64,000 nucleotides of DNA, taken from NCBI GenBank assembly GCA_965644265.1, contig OZ286462.1:50530001-50594000 (forward strand), in the 5' to 3' direction. The translations under genes were made by a program, and so were the position numbers. This DNA comes from Glycera tridactyla. Its lineage: Eukaryota. Under the pieces are notes generated by a model. It was not told the DNA's origin, did no database searches, and was given only the letters and a program-made list of their open reading frames with translations. Numbering within the stretch: position 1 is the first letter of the stretch; every line of letters starts with the position of its first letter. Positions 59,162 to 64,000 of this stretch are shown here, piece after piece.

Positions 59162-60028
59162 TCATTCTCTTGAATCAAGAAGCTGCATGAGATGTCCGAA
59201 TTTTTGCTTCACACATGCCTGAAGGCAGGTCTGAGCAGGATAAATGGGGATGTATTATGCACTGGATAACACTATAAATGAGAGTTCATCTAAGTCAGAT
59301 TGAGTAAAGGATGGCAAAGAAAATCTGTGGGGGAATTTAAATGGGTTTATGAAAGACGCTGCTGCTAGCTATAGTGGTAGCTCACCACAGGAGAAGAAGC
59401 AGGAGAAGAAGCCACTGCTCTCTGCGTCTAAGCAGGGTCAAACATCCCCATGGCGACTGACCACCGCCCATCCCTCACCGAGTATTATCACGCTCAAAAT
59501 GACATGTTTCGGTGGTGGGGAGTCTCGAGATTCATTAAGTTGCATTGAACCTCTGGCCCTCAATTTGGGATAAAATTGATCCAAATATGGTTATCCATTA
59601 TTTGAACGTTCTCAGCTTGCATGTGGCACGAGATGCATGAATAGCAATAGCGGAGATGAACTGACGAGAAGTGACGCCGCTGACAGTCGGTTGTCCGTGG
59701 TTACAAGATGCTGCATTGATGAAGATGACCATGGCTTGCAACGTGTAATCCACCAGAAATTGTCATGACATATTGCAATCATGCAAAGCATGCCATTTGC
59801 CAGTTTCGATCATGCAGTTTTTCTTCACGATTTTTGTTTGACCAATATGCCAGATCTTTTCAGTCAACTGCGTGATGAAATTACAATTACCAAATCAGTG
59901 ATCAGAATCTGATCATGGTGTGATGGCGATAGTTAGAATTATCAGTGTTGATTTCATATTCATATGGAACATAAGCAATGATATAGAATGACAATGGAAG
60001 AAGCATGCCCATCTCTTCTCCTTCCTCC

Positions 60029-60031
<3 letters not shown>

Positions 60032-60077
<46 letters not shown>
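60032..60077. repeat. (TC)n microsatellite
   Basis: Directly visible. Confidence 0.98.
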
Positions 60078-60079
<2 letters not shown>

Positions 60080-62829
60080 ACTCCCTTTCTTTTCCCCTCT
60101 CTACCTTTTTCCCCCTTCTTCCCCCGACTGGGATATCAAAGGCCGGCTGTGTATATAGAAGTCTTTTCCTGTATGCACGTAAAAGAACTGCTGTCTTTCA
60201 CAAAGTTGGGATGCCCCCCGCCCCCCCCCCCCCCCCAGCAGTGGTGTCTCTTTACTTCAGCATTTAAAGTTTATCAATCTGATGTAACCAAATGTGATTG
60301 AAAGTATGTTAAATCCAAACAAACAAACAAACAAACAACATCACATGATAAGACCATTTCAGAAAGATGAGTGCCACATTAGCAACTCTTATGAGCCAGG
60401 TTTTCATTTGATAATGATAACAATGAGCAGCTCTGACCCGAATGTAGCTGCATTCAGGTCCAACATCTCCAGGGCATGTAAGATGAAACCTAGGAGCCAT
60501 GGCCCCAGCATCATTATCACATCCAGGACTGCTCTGGCTCAGCTTCTAACTAGTCATGTCTATTCTGTATGCTGTAATTGACATAATAAGCACCATAAGG
60601 CATTCATCAGTATCAGGCAACAGTGAGAGATGGCAGGAATGGGCAATTGATTGCGGGCATCAATGGAACCAACTACAAAAAAGCATCGTAAGTTCCTCAA
60701 AATTTTGATTCCTCAAGATGGGCTCATTGGTTGCTGGCATATTGGTAAAGGAATTGTTAAGAGGTTTTCAGCAAAGGTTCATGCATGCTTATCTCATTCA
60801 ATTCATATCATACTTGCAATATGTGACTTCTGTGACTCATTGTAATGAGTGATATAATCAAGAAACTTATGAAATCAAGGTAGAAAATAATCAGCCTTTG
60901 TATTTCCTATATCCCAAATGAGGATGGAAGATTGGAAATATGATGGGGATTTTACAAAATATTATAATTTCATAGGGTGGCATATCATCATCCTGCCATC
61001 TAGGCCCAATTAATCGAGAATTAATCTGCTCTGTTGACTTGATTGCACAGAAACTGTGAAAATGGTTGGTTCCGCATGTGACTTGCTCGATCTATTTTTC
61101 GATCGCACAAACAACTAGGAGGCCCAGGTTCCACTATCAGACATTGTGTGTTGGTTATCTCAATATTCAAGAGTGGAACCATCTGCAAATAGGAATCGGT
61201 GACATATGTCATGTTTTTGAGTGGTCTCTTCAGAAGATGGGCATCAAACACTAGATAACAGGACCTTTGATCGATTGCACACAATGCACACAAGGTAAGG
61301 GCATCCTGCAGTTCACCATGCTGTTGGTAGTTGACTTGCTCATTGATATATGGGCCATTGCTTTAGCTATGAATAACTTGCAGCTACATTCAAGAATATG
61401 CTGCATCTATGTTTGTGAATATCCATTAGCTATATCGATGTCATACATATGCAAGGACTCTACATTAACTTTTACCTTCAGCGGCTCTGAAGTGGGATTT
61501 TAACCTGCCCTTCCTGTCATTTTCACTTGCCCTCCTGCATGTAATCATAGACTGAATAGGGATGAGCTACCTGCCCAATAGGTAGACAGGCTGATAAAAT
61601 CATCTGTTCTAACATCAAATCTGCCTGCTTATGCCAGTACGTCCTGTGCGCTTGTGTACCCTCAAAACATGATCTCATACCTGGATAAATATCCCAAAAT
61701 GTACCCCCTTAGTGGCTCCAGTATTGAGATTTGGAGCAGTAAAATTTGCATTGCATCTCCATTTAGTTATATTGATGTCTTGGCTAGTTCATTTGTGGGA
61801 CTATCTTTCTGCATGATTACAAAGATAGGCGGGCCACCCAGGCTTGAGACACTGAGACTAATTGACCTTCTCAGCTGGTTCAGCCACAAATGGGGGCAGT
61901 TGATCCGAGACACTTGTCTGTAGACAGGAATGTGACAAATTGTTTGAGCTATTGAGAAGCCCAAATCCTTCCTATTCATGGCAGCTAGAGATATCTGATA
62001 TGATGCTGATGTAGGTCAATTTCCATGTGCTGGCACATTTTTCAAGGCATTTTTCTGAAAGAAAAATTTCCCAGGGATCCATTCCTTGAATAAGATGAAT
62101 AGGTACTGATTCCTAACACACTGCATGAGCACCAACACAAATCTTTGATATCTCATTCGGCAGCTCCTAATACTCAGAACCTGTGACAAATGACCTCACT
62201 AAATGCCAAGAAAGATATATTCAACTATGCCAAAAAGAAAGGGGCCTGTCAAAGCATTCTTTCTAAGGACAGTTGGTCTCTCATTTGGGCATAATTTTTC
62301 ACAGGTTTCCCTGCCCATACGAATACCTGAATCCCAGAACCTACTGCTCACATAAGAGTCTATGATTGCATTGGAGCCCATTCTAATTATGAGTTGAGTT
62401 GAGATACATTTATTTACTTTCACGAAAAACATTCACATACAATATGGTACATGATATTCAATGTTGCCGTGACAGAAATGATCAGTAGACAGCATGTATA
62501 ATAGTAATCCTTGGAGTTACTAATAGGTGACAAAATTTTCAGTAGGCAGCATATATAATAGAAATCCTATGAATTTCTTACAAGTGTATATTCCTGAGAT
62601 TTCAACCAATGTTTTCACTGTTTCTAGGTGAGGACTCAGGAAAGAAGTGGAGTGAAACAAATTATCTCATACACCAGTCATCTCTTCCCATAAATCATAC
62701 TGGAACCAACATGTCAAAAATCACTTTCTCTGTATACATATCTTCATGAAAGATCAAATTCAGCCATCATTGTTTTGTTCTCACAAAATGCCCATTTTTA
62801 CGATGGGGTCATAGATATTACACACATGT

Positions 62830-63252
62830 CAAAGGGTTAATAATTTTAGGCCCAATATAAGAAAATGCCTTCTGACCTGTTGACGTTCTGAGAAGGGGTA
62901 TTTCCATATTCCCTTGGGAAGCACTTCGAGTATGGTGATCATGAGTCAAACCTAATGGTTTGATGAGATCCTGTAGATAAGGTGGTAGCTCATTTCTTAC
63001 AAATTTTCTCATAAGTTCATAAATGTGCACATCTCTCACATGCTCTAGACAAAGAATAGAGAGCTGAGAGTGCATCTCACATGTACTTGCCCAACGGTTT
63101 TTCAGGAGTATTGTGCGTAGAGCCTTGTTTTGTATTCTCTGCAGACTCAAGGAGTCTTTTGCGGAGATACCATGAAACACTGTGTCGCAATACGTAAGTA
63201 AAGGTAGTGCCAGAGAAATATACAGATTCTTAGCCGATTGTCTATCAATGAA
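62830..63252 (-). pseudogene. CR1-type LINE ORF2 C-terminal fragment
   Basis: Frame reads FIDRQSAKNLYISLALPLLTYCDTVF...LQRIQNKALR...HDHHTRS...RTSTGQKAFSYIGPK, homologous to the C-terminus of 4935-7817. Confidence 0.88.
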
Positions 63253-63360
63253 TTCCCTTGCCCTTGTTTGGAAGGGGGTATACTGGAGTCACTGTGTTGG
63301 TTGGTCGGTCGGTCTGCTGGTCGGTCGGTTGGTCGGTCCGCAAAGGTTTGTCCGGTGAAT
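63253..63360 (+). mobile_element. 5' end of a HINE-like element
   Basis: TT-CCCTT...AAGGGGGTATACTGGAGTCAC followed by a (GGTC)n microsatellite; same layout as 40463-40616. Confidence 0.6.
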
Positions 63361-64000
63361 TAGACAATAGACAATAGACAATAGACATAACTTTATTTAT
63401 GACAGGCGAATACAGTACAGTCATGCGGCATACATAATAGGTATAGTATATCTAATAATGATGTTTAGGCCAGGCGGCCTAATCTAACACTGTAACCTGT
63501 GTTCACAATTGGCTAGAGTGATATATACAGTATGAGGTATACTCAGATTTTTCACGTTGTACTTTCGGGATTCAGAACTATTTTGGGATGTATGGTGATA
63601 CAACTGCAAACCAACATTTAACCAGATATGCTCAAGATGGTCATTTAGTACTCTCCATAGTATATACAATGGCAGTCATTTCATGTAGCCATTTTTGCTC
63701 AAGATGATACAGAATTATAATTCAATGTGCTTGTGAAGGAGATGTATTTCAGAAAGAGGGGGTAGTTTGCTTAAGATATTTTCTTGTATATTCATTTTTG
63801 AACCTATTCACAGATGGTAGGTTTCTAATTTCAGGATCAATATCGTTCCAGAGCTTCGCTCCTGAGTAAGATAAAGCCTTTTTCCCTTGCAAGGTTCTCA
63901 TTTTCTCAAGAAACAGATTATTACTGGTATTTGCCCTGGTCTGTATCCCATGGGTATAATCAATGGTTCTCATATTATGACAGAAATACAAGGATTCAAT
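63361..64000 (-). mobile_element. 3' end of a CR1-type LINE (continues beyond the window)
   Basis: ORF2 C-terminus THGIQTR...MRTLQGKKALSYSGAKLWNDI...SVNRFK ending at 63749; 3' UTR; AATAAA (63397-63392); (TTGTCTA)n tail 63361-63390. Confidence 0.88.

Noticed and set aside
59349-59573. ORF MKDAAASYSG...EKKPLL with a dileucine-like motif
   Set aside because: Short, no strong splice donor, no homology recognisable; compatible with chance.

Overview
Repeat-rich, AT-rich eukaryotic genomic DNA from a draft assembly with 7 N-gaps. The repeat types suggest an invertebrate animal, but the species cannot be determined from sequence. No host gene can be named with confidence, and no rRNA, intact tRNA or CRISPR array is seen. 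The main feature is an apparently intact CR1/L2-group non-LTR retrotransposon at 1-8050 (5' UTR outside the window) that carries three coding units instead of two: (i) a coiled-coil + RRM/CTD-type ORF1p; (ii) a separate SGNH-hydrolase (esterase) ORF with all four catalytic blocks; and (iii) an intact APE-endonuclease/reverse transcriptase ORF2p. The esterase appears to have an upstream 23-codon exon, joined in phase by a canonical GT-AG intron (2222-2591), and is flanked by TATAAA and AATAAA, so it looks like a self-contained spliced gene inside the LINE. The rest of the window holds: a 5'-truncated L2 copy; three further CR1-type fragments; a large population of TA-flanked palindromic MITEs, many 180-182 bp long; hAT-like MITEs; SINE-like repeats; a nested stack at 38-45 kb (two TA-type DNA elements, a Helentron/HINE-like element containing a 170-bp satellite array, and an hAT-like MITE inside that array); a spacerless 116-bp palindrome; microsatellites; and weak candidates for host promoters and exons.
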